A DNA stretch of 64,000 nucleotides, taken from contig JAYTOU010000040.1 in the NCBI GenBank assembly GCA_043747615.1, positions 10,541-74,540 on the forward strand. Direction: 5' to 3'. Position 1 is the stretch's first letter, and each line of letters opens with the position of its first letter. The notes beneath the pieces are model-generated. The model searched no databases and was not told where the DNA came from. It saw nothing but the letters and a program-made list of their open reading frames with translations. The stretch is from Myxococcales bacterium. Its GTDB lineage: Bacteria; Myxococcota_A; Polyangia; Polyangiales; Polyangiaceae. The position numbers and the translations under genes were made by a program. Shown here piece by piece: positions 19,654 to 28,523 of this stretch.

Positions 19654-20259
19654 CTACTTCATGCACTGCTTCAGGCAGCTGCGGTAAGGCTTCTCGCACG
19701 CATCGCAGCTTCGCTTTGCTTGCTGCTCGCACGAGACCTTGCATCCCTTCCAGCTCACCGTGCACGCGTCGGTGCAATCGGCGAGCGGACCACGTGGCTC
19801 GGGGACGGTCACCGGCGGAGACGCAGGCGTACTTCCGCCGTCGAGTACGGGCGCGGAAGAGGCCCAGGTCGGCGCTGGCGAGACCGTGCTCGCGCCTTGC
19901 GACGTCTTCGGGGGCGAGGTGTACGCACTCGTCGGCGCGGGGGCCGACAGCTGGGTCTTCTCTCCTTCTTCGCCCGGAGCCGCGCCCATCATTGCTTCGT
20001 CGGTAGGCACCGCAGGCGCCCGGGTGAGCGCGCCATAACGATTGGCTGCATACTGCACGCGATCGCGCGTCTGCCCGTAGGTGTAGCGCTTCATCCAGTC
20101 GCGCCAGCAATCGCTTTTGTACTGCATGGCCACGTTGGGATCTTCTTCAAGCGCGTAGCAATGCTCGAAGCGAGCGTCGCCCTCGTAGATGGCCTGAAAG
20201 CTAGGCCCACAGCCGAGCCCGAGCAGGACGAGAGCGATGAGGCTGGGAGCAAGTTTCAT
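19654..20259 (-). CDS. Hypothetical lipoprotein with Cys-rich C-terminus
   Basis: Lipobox LGC; C-terminal CxxxC repeats. Confidence 0.7.
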   Translation of the reverse strand: MKLAPSLIALVLLGLGCGPSFQAIYEGDARFEHCYALEEDPNVAMQYKSDCWRDWMKRYTYGQTRDRVQYAANRYGALTRAPAVPTDEAMMGAAPGEEGEKTQLSAPAPTSAYTSPPKTSQGASTVSPAPTWASSAPVLDGGSTPASPPVTVPEPRGPLADCTDACTVSWKGCKVSCEQQAKRSCDACEKPYRSCLKQCMK

Positions 20260-20288
20260 CTCGGTTTGGATTGTAGTACGAAACACCT

Positions 20289-20942
20289 ATGTTTACCGGC
20301 CTCGTCGAAGAAAAAGGAGCCCTCATTGGTCGCGTCGTGCGGGGCCCCGGTGCGCGCCTCCGCGTGCGATCCGTGATGAAGGCGCTCGCCCTCGGTGAGT
20401 CTATTTGTGTCGACGGGGTGTGCCTCACGGTCGAGTCGGTCACCGGCGACGGCTTCGAGGTCGACGCCTCTTCGGAGACGCTGGCCCGAACGACGCTCGG
20501 CAAGACCGCGCTCGGCTCGGTGGTCAACCTCGAGCGCGCAACACCGCTCGGCGGGCGGATGGGCGGGCACATCGTGACCGGTCACGTCGACGCCGTCGGC
20601 TTGTGCGTCCTGCGTGAGCCGGCAGGCGACTGGGTGAAGCTCGCCTTTGCCCACCCACCCGAGCTCGCGCGCTTCGTCGCAGAAAAAGGCTCGATCTGTG
20701 TCAACGGAATCAGCCTCACGGTAAACGCTGTGGGCGCCGATCGCTTCGAAGTGATGATCATCCCCCACACCCTCGAAGCCACTTCGCTCGCCGCCCTCAA
20801 ACCGACCGGGCCCGTGAACCTGGAGGTCGACATTCTCGCGCGCTACGTCCTGCGCGCCCGCGACGTCGACACCAACGACGGCGACCTCGCGCCGCGCCAC
20901 GCAGATTGGATGGCACTCCTTCAGCGCGCGGGTTACGTGTAG
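20289..20942 (+). CDS. ribE: Riboflavin synthase (alpha chain)
   Basis: MFTGL N-terminus, GESICVDGVCLTV, VNLERA, GGHIVTGHVD, VNLEVD. Confidence 0.97.
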   Translation: MFTGLVEEKGALIGRVVRGPGARLRVRSVMKALALGESICVDGVCLTVESVTGDGFEVDASSETLARTTLGKTALGSVVNLERATPLGGRMGGHIVTGHVDAVGLCVLREPAGDWVKLAFAHPPELARFVAEKGSICVNGISLTVNAVGADRFEVMIIPHTLEATSLAALKPTGPVNLEVDILARYVLRARDVDTNDGDLAPRHADWMALLQRAGYV

Positions 20943-20948
20943 TTCCAA

Positions 20949-22103
20949 ATGACCGGCCTCATCGACATCGATCCAAAGCTTCTCGAGCGGGTAAAGCTCG
21001 CCATCGCCGAGACGCGCGCCGGCCGCATGGTCGTCCTCGTGGACGACGAAGACCGAGAAAACGAAGGCGATTTGTGCATGGCCGCGCAGTTCGCCACGAC
21101 CGAGTCGATCAACTTCATGGCCACCCACGGCCGCGGCCTCATCTGCGTCACCCTCACCGAGGAGCAGATCGATCGCCTCGGCCTTCCGATGATGCAGAGC
21201 CCTGGTCGCGGCGCCCCGCCCCTCGGTACCGCCTTCACGTTGAGCATCGAAGCCCGCGCCGGCGTCACCACCGGAATCAGCGCCGCCGATCGCGCCGTCA
21301 CCACCCGGCTCGCGGCAAGCCCCGAGTGCAAACCGGAAGATCTCGTCACCCCCGGCCACGTCTTCCCGCTGAAGGCCCGGAACGGCGGCGTCCTCGTGCG
21401 CACCGGTCAGACCGAAGGCTCGGTCGATCTCGCGCGCCTGGCCGGCCTCACGCCCGCGGGAGTGATCTGCGAGATCATGAACGAGGATGGCTCGATGGCC
21501 CGCATGCCCGACCTCGAGCTCTTCTCGAAGAAGCACGGCCTGCCGATCGTCACCATCGCCGACCTCATTCAGTACCGGCTGCAGACCGAGCGCTTGGTGA
21601 AACGCGTCGGCGAGGAGTCCATCGTCCTCGATTCCACGCAGACCGCGTGGAAGGCGATCGCCTACGAATCGTCCACCGAAGGGCGGCAAATCCTGGCTTT
21701 CGTGAAGGGCGACATCCGCGGGGAGCCGCCGCCGCTCTGCCGCATGCACTCCGGATCGATCCTGGGGGACACGTTCGCGTCGACGCCGCGCGACGGCGGA
21801 AGAAATCTGCGCGAAGCCATCGGGCTCATCGAGGCCGAGGGGCGCGGGGTGGTGGTCTACCTGCCGCCGCGCGGCAACGTGCAATCCGAGCTTGCCCACT
21901 ACAGTCCTACGTTCAAGCCTCCGCCGGCCGACGGCGAGCCACCGCTGCGCGAGTACGGGCTCGGCGCGCAGGTGCTCTTCGACTTAGACCTCCACAAGAT
22001 CCGGCTCCTCTCCAACAATCCGCGTAAGATCGCCGGCATTCGCGGCTACGGCCTGGATGTCGTCGAACACGTCGCCCTGTACTCGATGTCCACCCCGAAC
22101 TAG
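20949..22103 (+). CDS. ribB: DHBP synthase fused to a degenerate GTP cyclohydrolase II domain (RibBX-like)
   Basis: DDEDRENEGD, AFTLSIEA, PGHVFPL, GQTEGSVDL and ICEIMNEDG are intact. The C-terminal domain reads RMHSGSILGDTF and lacks the Zn-binding cysteines. Confidence 0.9.
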   Translation: MTGLIDIDPKLLERVKLAIAETRAGRMVVLVDDEDRENEGDLCMAAQFATTESINFMATHGRGLICVTLTEEQIDRLGLPMMQSPGRGAPPLGTAFTLSIEARAGVTTGISAADRAVTTRLAASPECKPEDLVTPGHVFPLKARNGGVLVRTGQTEGSVDLARLAGLTPAGVICEIMNEDGSMARMPDLELFSKKHGLPIVTIADLIQYRLQTERLVKRVGEESIVLDSTQTAWKAIAYESSTEGRQILAFVKGDIRGEPPPLCRMHSGSILGDTFASTPRDGGRNLREAIGLIEAEGRGVVVYLPPRGNVQSELAHYSPTFKPPPADGEPPLREYGLGAQVLFDLDLHKIRLLSNNPRKIAGIRGYGLDVVEHVALYSMSTPN

Positions 22104-22115
22104 GAACTCTTTTTC

Positions 22116-22610
<495 letters not shown>

Positions 22611-22630
22611 AGAGAGCGCGCGTAAACGTC

Positions 22631-23053
22631 ATGGGCGCACGTCACTCAGGCCGCGAGGCGGCGCTCCAGATGCTCTTCCAAATGGAGGCGTCAGGGGGCG
22701 CCGCCGCCGACATCATCAAGCTCTATTGGCGCTACTTCGAGGGCGAGCCAGAGGGGCGCGCGTACGCGGACGAGGCGGTGATCGGAGTGGCTGGGTCGCT
22801 CGAAACGCTCGACAAGCGCATCACCGAAGCCTCCGCACACTGGCGCATCGAGCGCATGGCGCGCGTCGATCGCAACCTCCTTCGCCTCGGCGCCTGGGAG
22901 CTCGAAAACCGCTCCGACGTGCCGCGCGCGGTAATCCTCGACGAAGCCGTCGAGCTCGCAAAGTCTTTCGGCACCGAAGATTCAAGCGCATTCGTAAACG
23001 GCGTCCTCGACCGCATTGCCGAAGGACTCGGCCGAAAGGACTTCGATCGATGA
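22631..23053 (+). CDS. nusB: Transcription antitermination factor NusB
   Basis: REAALQMLFQ, WRIERMARVDRNLLRL, EAVELAKSFG, FVNGVLD. Confidence 0.97.
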   Translation: MGARHSGREAALQMLFQMEASGGAAADIIKLYWRYFEGEPEGRAYADEAVIGVAGSLETLDKRITEASAHWRIERMARVDRNLLRLGAWELENRSDVPRAVILDEAVELAKSFGTEDSSAFVNGVLDRIAEGLGRKDFDR

Positions 23054-23898
23054 AGCTTCGCTCTGTCGTCTTTCCCTTGGCTCTCTCCATCCCGTTCGCG
23101 GGGAGCGCAGCCGGCTGCTCCCTCGACGCCCACGGCATCGCGCCCACCGTCGACGCGTCCACCGTCGACGCGTCCACCGCCGACGTGATCACCAAGCCGG
23201 AGGGTGGCCCCCTTCAGACGAACTGGTGCGCCACCATCGGCGCCGGTCACGATTTTTGCGCCGACTTCGACGCGTCACTCAAAGGCACGGAGCCAGGCGC
23301 CTGGTGCAATGGCGTCACCACGGGCACGTGCAACTCGATCGAGAACGGCGGCACGCTCACGCTCGACACCACAGCGTCGACGTCGCCACCGGCCTCCGCG
23401 AACGCGACAACGATGGCGGGCGGCGGTGCAGCCAAGGCCCTTCTCACGCGGGAATTTCCGGGTGATCTGCACCCGCTCAGCCTGGCCTTCAACGCGCGGG
23501 TGGACGCTGCGGCCGCCGGCAAAACGGCCATCGCCGGCATCACGCTCGAGAACGTCGATGGCAATCCGCATCAGGTCGCCCTCCTCGCTGCTGCCAGTGC
23601 GACCGACGCCGGAGCGGGCGTCACGCTCAGCGTCGTCGAGGTGCCGCTCGGCGGATTGACGCGCACCACTCCGCTTTCCCTCACCCTGCCGCTCAACACG
23701 TTTGCGCGTGTAGAGGTCCGCGTAGGGATCGCTCCGAACACCGTGACCGTGATCGTCAACGGCGTAGCTTCGAGCCCGGTGACGATCGACGCGCCCGGGA
23801 GCGCCACGGGCCGCACGGTGCAGGTCGGTCTCGACTCGACTCCGGCCGCGGCTTGGCAGCTTCACTTCGACGACGTCACCTTCGACTTCACCAAGTAA
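23050..23898 (+). CDS. Hypothetical lipoprotein (beta-sandwich-like)
   Basis: ATG overlaps the nusB stop; signal ending AAGC; FCADFD motif. Confidence 0.75.
   Translation: MKLRSVVFPLALSIPFAGSAAGCSLDAHGIAPTVDASTVDASTADVITKPEGGPLQTNWCATIGAGHDFCADFDASLKGTEPGAWCNGVTTGTCNSIENGGTLTLDTTASTSPPASANATTMAGGGAAKALLTREFPGDLHPLSLAFNARVDAAAAGKTAIAGITLENVDGNPHQVALLAAASATDAGAGVTLSVVEVPLGGLTRTTPLSLTLPLNTFARVEVRVGIAPNTVTVIVNGVASSPVTIDAPGSATGRTVQVGLDSTPAAAWQLHFDDVTFDFTK
23144..23185 (+). repeat. 15-bp in-frame tandem repeat (TVDAS x2.8)
   Basis: ccaccgtcgacgcgt ccaccgtcgacgcgt ccaccgccgacg. Confidence 0.8.
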
Positions 23899-24416
23899 TG
23901 GATCTGAATTTCGTCGCGCCGGATCTTCGCAAGCTCGACGAGACGAGCGCCGAGCTCTTGGCGTGCCCGGTGTGGCGCGAGGAGCGGCCGATGCGTGGCC
24001 TCGCCGGTCTCCTCGATTGGCGTCTCGCGGGGCGTCTCAGCCGCTTGCAACGCGAGGACTACTTGAAGGGCGACCTCGGAGAGGTGCTCTGCATCCCCGG
24101 TCGCCCCCGCCTCCCCTTCGATAAAGTGCTTATTTTCGGCCTCGGATCGCGCACCACCTTCGGAGAGGCCACCTTCCGCCAGGTCGTTACTCATCTTCTT
24201 CACACGCTCGAGGGGCTCCACGTGCGGCGGGCCGTCGTCCAGCTGCCGGGGCGCATCGACGGGCAGGTTTCTGCCGAGGACGCTGCGGCCATCCTTCTCG
24301 AATGCATCGGAGACTCTCCAGCTCATGACGCGTGGTGGATCGTCGAAGGCGCCGAAGCGGGCAAGCTGATGATGAAGCGCGCCGTCGACGAACAGCGCCG
24401 CGCTCGGAGAGCGTGA
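23898..24416 (+). CDS. Stand-alone peptidase M17 N-terminal-like domain protein
   Basis: EERPMRGLAGLLDWRLAGRLSRL...KVLIFGLG; no catalytic domain. TAATG coupling to the upstream gene. Confidence 0.7.
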   Translation: MDLNFVAPDLRKLDETSAELLACPVWREERPMRGLAGLLDWRLAGRLSRLQREDYLKGDLGEVLCIPGRPRLPFDKVLIFGLGSRTTFGEATFRQVVTHLLHTLEGLHVRRAVVQLPGRIDGQVSAEDAAAILLECIGDSPAHDAWWIVEGAEAGKLMMKRAVDEQRRARRA

Positions 24417-25268
24417 GTGGAAATAGGCATGTTGGATGTCGAGGTTGGTCGGGAAGGACCGCCCCCGAGGGACGCAGCAACGCTCATCGTCGTCCGCGAT
24501 GGCGGCGATGGGATCGAAGTATTCTGTGTAGAGCGCAATAAAAAATCACGCTTTTTGGGCGGCGCCATCGTGTTTCCCGGCGGCAAGCTCGACGAGGCCG
24601 ATCGGGATCCCGCGTGGCGCGCGCACACGACGGAGACCGACGACGAGACCTTCCGCGCCCTCGGTGTGACGGCGTGCCGCGAGGCGCTCGAGGAAGCGGC
24701 GATCCTGCCGGTGACCGATGGCTCGATGACGCACGACGAGCTCCTCGCTCTTCGGACGCGCCTCGCCGCGAGCGAAATCACGCTCCTTTCGTTTCTTGCC
24801 GAGCGTTCGTTGCGGCTCGACCTTGCCGGGCTCCACCCGTTCGCGCGCTGGCTGACTCCGCTCGTGGAGTCACGCCGCTACGACACCCGATTTTTTTTGA
24901 CCGTCGCGCCCTCCGGTCAGATCGGCGCGCACGACGATTTCGAGACGATGTCGAGCTTCTGGGCCGCGCCGCAAAAATTGATCGCGCGCTTCCTCGCCGG
25001 CGAAGTCCAGCTCGCCCCTCCAACGCACCGCACCCTGGAATTCCTAGGTCGGTTCGCGCTCGTCGCCGACGCCATCGCCGCCACCCGCGCCGCCTCCCTC
25101 GAGGTCATCTGCCCAGTTCTCGTCCCTCACAAAGACAAGAGCGGCGAAGAGACCATGGCCCTCGTCCTCCCCGGCGATCCCGAGCACGCGGTGAAGGAGT
25201 GCCGCGTCGTCGGTCGCACTCGCTATGTGCTCCGATCGGGCCGCTGGCTTCCGGAAGATCCGCCTTAG
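24417..25268 (+). CDS. Nudix hydrolase (Nudt19-like, interrupted Nudix box)
   Basis: PRDAATL, VFPGGKLD...ACREALEEA, WLTP...RRYDTRFF, LAPPT. Confidence 0.85.
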   Translation: MEIGMLDVEVGREGPPPRDAATLIVVRDGGDGIEVFCVERNKKSRFLGGAIVFPGGKLDEADRDPAWRAHTTETDDETFRALGVTACREALEEAAILPVTDGSMTHDELLALRTRLAASEITLLSFLAERSLRLDLAGLHPFARWLTPLVESRRYDTRFFLTVAPSGQIGAHDDFETMSSFWAAPQKLIARFLAGEVQLAPPTHRTLEFLGRFALVADAIAATRAASLEVICPVLVPHKDKSGEETMALVLPGDPEHAVKECRVVGRTRYVLRSGRWLPEDPP

Positions 25269-27028
25269 CGGCCTTCGCGGTAAGCGACGATCGCGTTGAC
25301 GACGCCGTCGGCCATGCGCTGCTTGTAGTCTTCGCTACCGAGCGCTTGCTCCTCGACGACGTTGGAGATGTAACTCGTCTCGAACAGAGCGCTCGGCATT
25401 CGCGCGCCGACGAGAACGTAGAAGCCGGCGGTGTGCACGCCGCCATCGTGCGACTGCGGATACTGCCCGCGGATCGAGGCCATGCTCGCCCGCTGGAGTA
25501 GCTCGGCGAACCGGGTGGAGCGCGTCGCTTGATCGGCCATCCGAAGGCTCGCCAGGATGGATCCAATCTCGGCAGTCGCTGCTTGGCTCGTGGCGTTTTC
25601 CCGCGCTGCGACCCGGGAAGCGATTTGATCACTGGTGGTATCGAGGACGTAGGTTTCCACCCCGTGACGCGCGCGATTCTCCGCGGCGTTGCAGTGAATC
25701 GAAATGAAGAGGTCGGCGGCGGAGGCGTTGGCCCGCGCCGTGCGCTCCTCGAGAGCCACGAAGCGATCGTCGTCGCGCGTGAAGAGGACGGAGATCCCCT
25801 CCTTTGCGAGCACCGGCGCGATCTTGTGGACGATGGCGAGGGTTACGTCTTTCTCCTGCACGCCGGACGGGCCGATCGCACCGGGGTCGCTGCCGCCGTG
25901 GCCCGCGTCGAGGGCTACCTTGGTAACCGTGCGGCGCCCCGCCGCTTGCGGCTGCCCGGGAGGATGGCGCGCGACGTCGATGACGATGCGGTACGGCTCG
26001 ACGAGGTGAAAAACCCTTCGAAACGCCTGTCCGTCGAGGTCGAGTGACACGCGCGCGCCGGTCGTCGTGGCTTCGGTCGTGACCCGCGTGAGGATCCCAG
26101 AGGCGATCGCTTCGTGCGGTGCGGCGCCGAGCTCCACGCCGTCGAGCTCGACGAAGGTCCTCGCCGTTCGCCCCCCTGCGCCTGCTTCGTCACCGGTGCG
26201 AAAATGGGCAGGCTTGCTGAGGATGACGACCACCCTCGCCGATTCTTTTCCAGACCACTGCTCGACCCCCACGACGCGCGCGCTCTCCTGAACCACGCTG
26301 CTCGCGTCGGCCAGCGAGGCAACCGAGAGCGCTCCCTCCCCCGCGAGCCCAACGTCGATCGCCGCGAGCACCGCGGCCGGCGGACGAAAGGCGGTCAGCC
26401 GCGTAAGCGCATCTTCGATCCCACGCACGCACGGATCGCTCGACGGGATCATTCCCGCATCCCTCTTCGGATCCTTGTAAGCGACGAACCGGCGCTGCGC
26501 GCGGTAAAGCTCCTTGTATGTGGCGCTTGCATCGCGCGCGAGCTCGCCTTGGATCTTCGCGGCCTCGATGGCCGACGCGCACGCTCCGGGGCCGTTCGGA
26601 TCGCGCGCCGCCGCCCGAAATATGTCGACCGCCTCTTTCCCATCCTGCTCACGACCTTCGATGCGCCAGACCCGCGCATGCAGGGACGCGGCGATGGTGT
26701 GAAGCTCCGACGCACGCGCCCCGGCCCCTTCGCGCTCGGCAGCGGCCTCGACCGACTGCGCGAGAGAGAGCACCTCCGCCCGCGGAGGGAGCGTCGTCTC
26801 CGGATCGAGAAGAGAGCGCGCGCGAGAAGCCTCGCTTGGCCCGGCATCTTTGTCGGACGAGACGCTCGAACCGCACGCGGATCCCCAAGCGCACCCCCAG
26901 GAAAGCGCGACCACCGAGAGAAAGGCCGATAGGCGACGAGCGTTCGTCGGGGTACTCTCGGCTAGGTATTTTTTTCTCGTTCGACCGCTCGTCAAGAGGT
27001 GCCCCGTGCCCGACTCCAGCGCCCCCAT
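25265..27028 (-). CDS. N-acetylmuramoyl-L-alanine amidase (Amidase_3 plus AMIN-like), probable lipoprotein; start uncertain
   Basis: LDAGHGGSDPGA, EKDVTL, LEERTARAN, FISIHCNA, FYVLVGARMPSALFE. Confidence 0.9.
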   Translation of the reverse strand: MGALESGTGHLLTSGRTRKKYLAESTPTNARRLSAFLSVVALSWGCAWGSACGSSVSSDKDAGPSEASRARSLLDPETTLPPRAEVLSLAQSVEAAAEREGAGARASELHTIAASLHARVWRIEGREQDGKEAVDIFRAAARDPNGPGACASAIEAAKIQGELARDASATYKELYRAQRRFVAYKDPKRDAGMIPSSDPCVRGIEDALTRLTAFRPPAAVLAAIDVGLAGEGALSVASLADASSVVQESARVVGVEQWSGKESARVVVILSKPAHFRTGDEAGAGGRTARTFVELDGVELGAAPHEAIASGILTRVTTEATTTGARVSLDLDGQAFRRVFHLVEPYRIVIDVARHPPGQPQAAGRRTVTKVALDAGHGGSDPGAIGPSGVQEKDVTLAIVHKIAPVLAKEGISVLFTRDDDRFVALEERTARANASAADLFISIHCNAAENRARHGVETYVLDTTSDQIASRVAARENATSQAATAEIGSILASLRMADQATRSTRFAELLQRASMASIRGQYPQSHDGGVHTAGFYVLVGARMPSALFETSYISNVVEEQALGSEDYKQRMADGVVNAIVAYREGR

Positions 27029-27467
27029 CTATTCGGACCGCGCATCCGGCCAAGTGTTTCCGGATGCACGCGCCATGGTCAATGAATACCTGAAACGATT
27101 CGCCGCGCGGGCGGGCACGAATCTCGATCTTCTTGACGAGGCTGGATACACGCAGGTCAAGAAGGGCTCGGCAAACGTTGGGATCAACGTCCTCGACGAT
27201 CACGGCGTACTCCTCTTTCTCGCGCCCGTCATGCCGGTGCCGAACGCCGGACGAGAAACGCTCTACCGCCGTCTTCTCGAGCTCTCGTTCATCACCACGA
27301 GCGACGCGGCCTTCGCCATCGACGCCCAAAAAGACGAGGTCTTCGTGCGCGCCCTCCGTCGCCTCTCGGGCCTCGACTACGAAGAGTTCGAGGACTTGCT
27401 CGACACCGTTGGCAAAGTTGCCGACGAGTGGGACGACGCCCTCAAAAAAGAGTTCGGCCAGGCCTGA
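27006..27467 (+). CDS. CesT/YbjN-like (type III chaperone fold) protein
   Basis: Small and acidic; LYRRLLELSF...AAFAID...LDYEEFEDLL..VADEWDD. GTG start preceded by AAGAGG. Confidence 0.65.
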   Translation: MPDSSAPIYSDRASGQVFPDARAMVNEYLKRFAARAGTNLDLLDEAGYTQVKKGSANVGINVLDDHGVLLFLAPVMPVPNAGRETLYRRLLELSFITTSDAAFAIDAQKDEVFVRALRRLSGLDYEEFEDLLDTVGKVADEWDDALKKEFGQA

Positions 27468-27478
27468 CCTCGGCGCAT

Positions 27479-27507
27479 TTGGCGCGTATTGGGGGGGGTG
27501 GTAGAAT
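27479..27507 (+). promoter_or_regulatory. Sigma70-type promoter with a G8 tract in the spacer
   Basis: TTGGCG-N17-TAGAAT with a TGn extension. Confidence 0.45.
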
Positions 27508-27516
27508 GAAGCAGTT

Positions 27517-28413
27517 ATGGGGAATCCTTCCAAATTCGGCATGCCGACGGTGATGGGCGGCATTCAGATCACGGCGCCTATTTCTGGCTCCCTTTCCGCC
27601 GCCCTCGGACCAGCCGACTTCGAGCGATTCGCCGCGCAGATCAGGCCGGTTTGGGAATTGGACGACGCGCCGTTTGCAGCGACGGCGGCGATGAACGCCG
27701 TTGATCTCGCGTCTCTCCAGGCGGGCGGAGGCGCCAACGCCGACGTCGCCGCTGCCCTTAACGGTGCGGCCGGCGAGCTTCTGCCCTCGGATCTACTAGT
27801 CACCGAGCCGCTGGCACCTGCTGCGTCGAATGGAGCCGCGCAGCGTCCGGCCTATCAGCCGCCACAGCCCGTGCAAACGTTGGCCTCGCAGCCTCCGCTC
27901 TACGCGCCGCCGCCGGCCTCGGTCCGACCCCCGGTGCAGGAGCGCGCGCCGAAGCACGCCACATCGAGCTACAGCGACGACGACGACATCCAGATCAAGA
28001 AATCCAAAGCCCCGCTGTTCATCGGAGGCGCCGTCGTCCTCGCTGTGATCGGCACCATCATCGGAGTGGTCGCATCGGGCGCGCCACCGCCGCCGACGCC
28101 GCAAAAGCCGGTCGCAACGACCGCCGCACCGACCGCGACCCCGGTGAACATTCCGCCGCCGCCGCCCCTGGCCGAGACTCCGCCGTCGCCCGAGCCGGCC
28201 GTCGCCGCCGCCCCTGCCGCCCCTGCCACTCCGACCCCTGCTGCATCCCCCAACGCAGCATCTCTGCCGCCGCTGCCCCCGCCGGTGCGCGCCGCACAAG
28301 CTACGCCGCCGCCGAGGCCTCCGCAAAATCACACGCCCCCAGTACGGCCGCCGCCCGCACCGCCGAAACCTCCGCCCAAAACGGGCGGGATCGTCCGAGA
28401 CAATCCTTTCTGA
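27517..28413 (+). CDS. Single-pass membrane protein with Pro-rich C-terminal region ending GGIVRDNPF
   Basis: KKSK followed by TM segment LFIGGAVVLAVIGTIIGVV, then a polyproline-rich tail. Confidence 0.75.
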   Translation: MGNPSKFGMPTVMGGIQITAPISGSLSAALGPADFERFAAQIRPVWELDDAPFAATAAMNAVDLASLQAGGGANADVAAALNGAAGELLPSDLLVTEPLAPAASNGAAQRPAYQPPQPVQTLASQPPLYAPPPASVRPPVQERAPKHATSSYSDDDDIQIKKSKAPLFIGGAVVLAVIGTIIGVVASGAPPPPTPQKPVATTAAPTATPVNIPPPPPLAETPPSPEPAVAAAPAAPATPTPAASPNAASLPPLPPPVRAAQATPPPRPPQNHTPPVRPPPAPPKPPPKTGGIVRDNPF

Positions 28414-28523
28414 TTCCTCTTACGTCGAGCGCTTGTCACGAAAAGCCATGAACCGACTTCCGCGATGAAGCGACTTGCACTTTGTGACGCTGCCAAAGAG
28501 GTCTATCAAGGCCGGAGGCCGCG

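Noticed and set aside
20260..20288. FMN riboswitch upstream of the rib genes
   Set aside because: Only about 29 bp separate the divergent starts; no RFN consensus.
27006..27467. Type III secretion system implied by the CesT-like gene
   Set aside because: No injectisome or flagellar export genes in the window; the fold is common outside T3SS.
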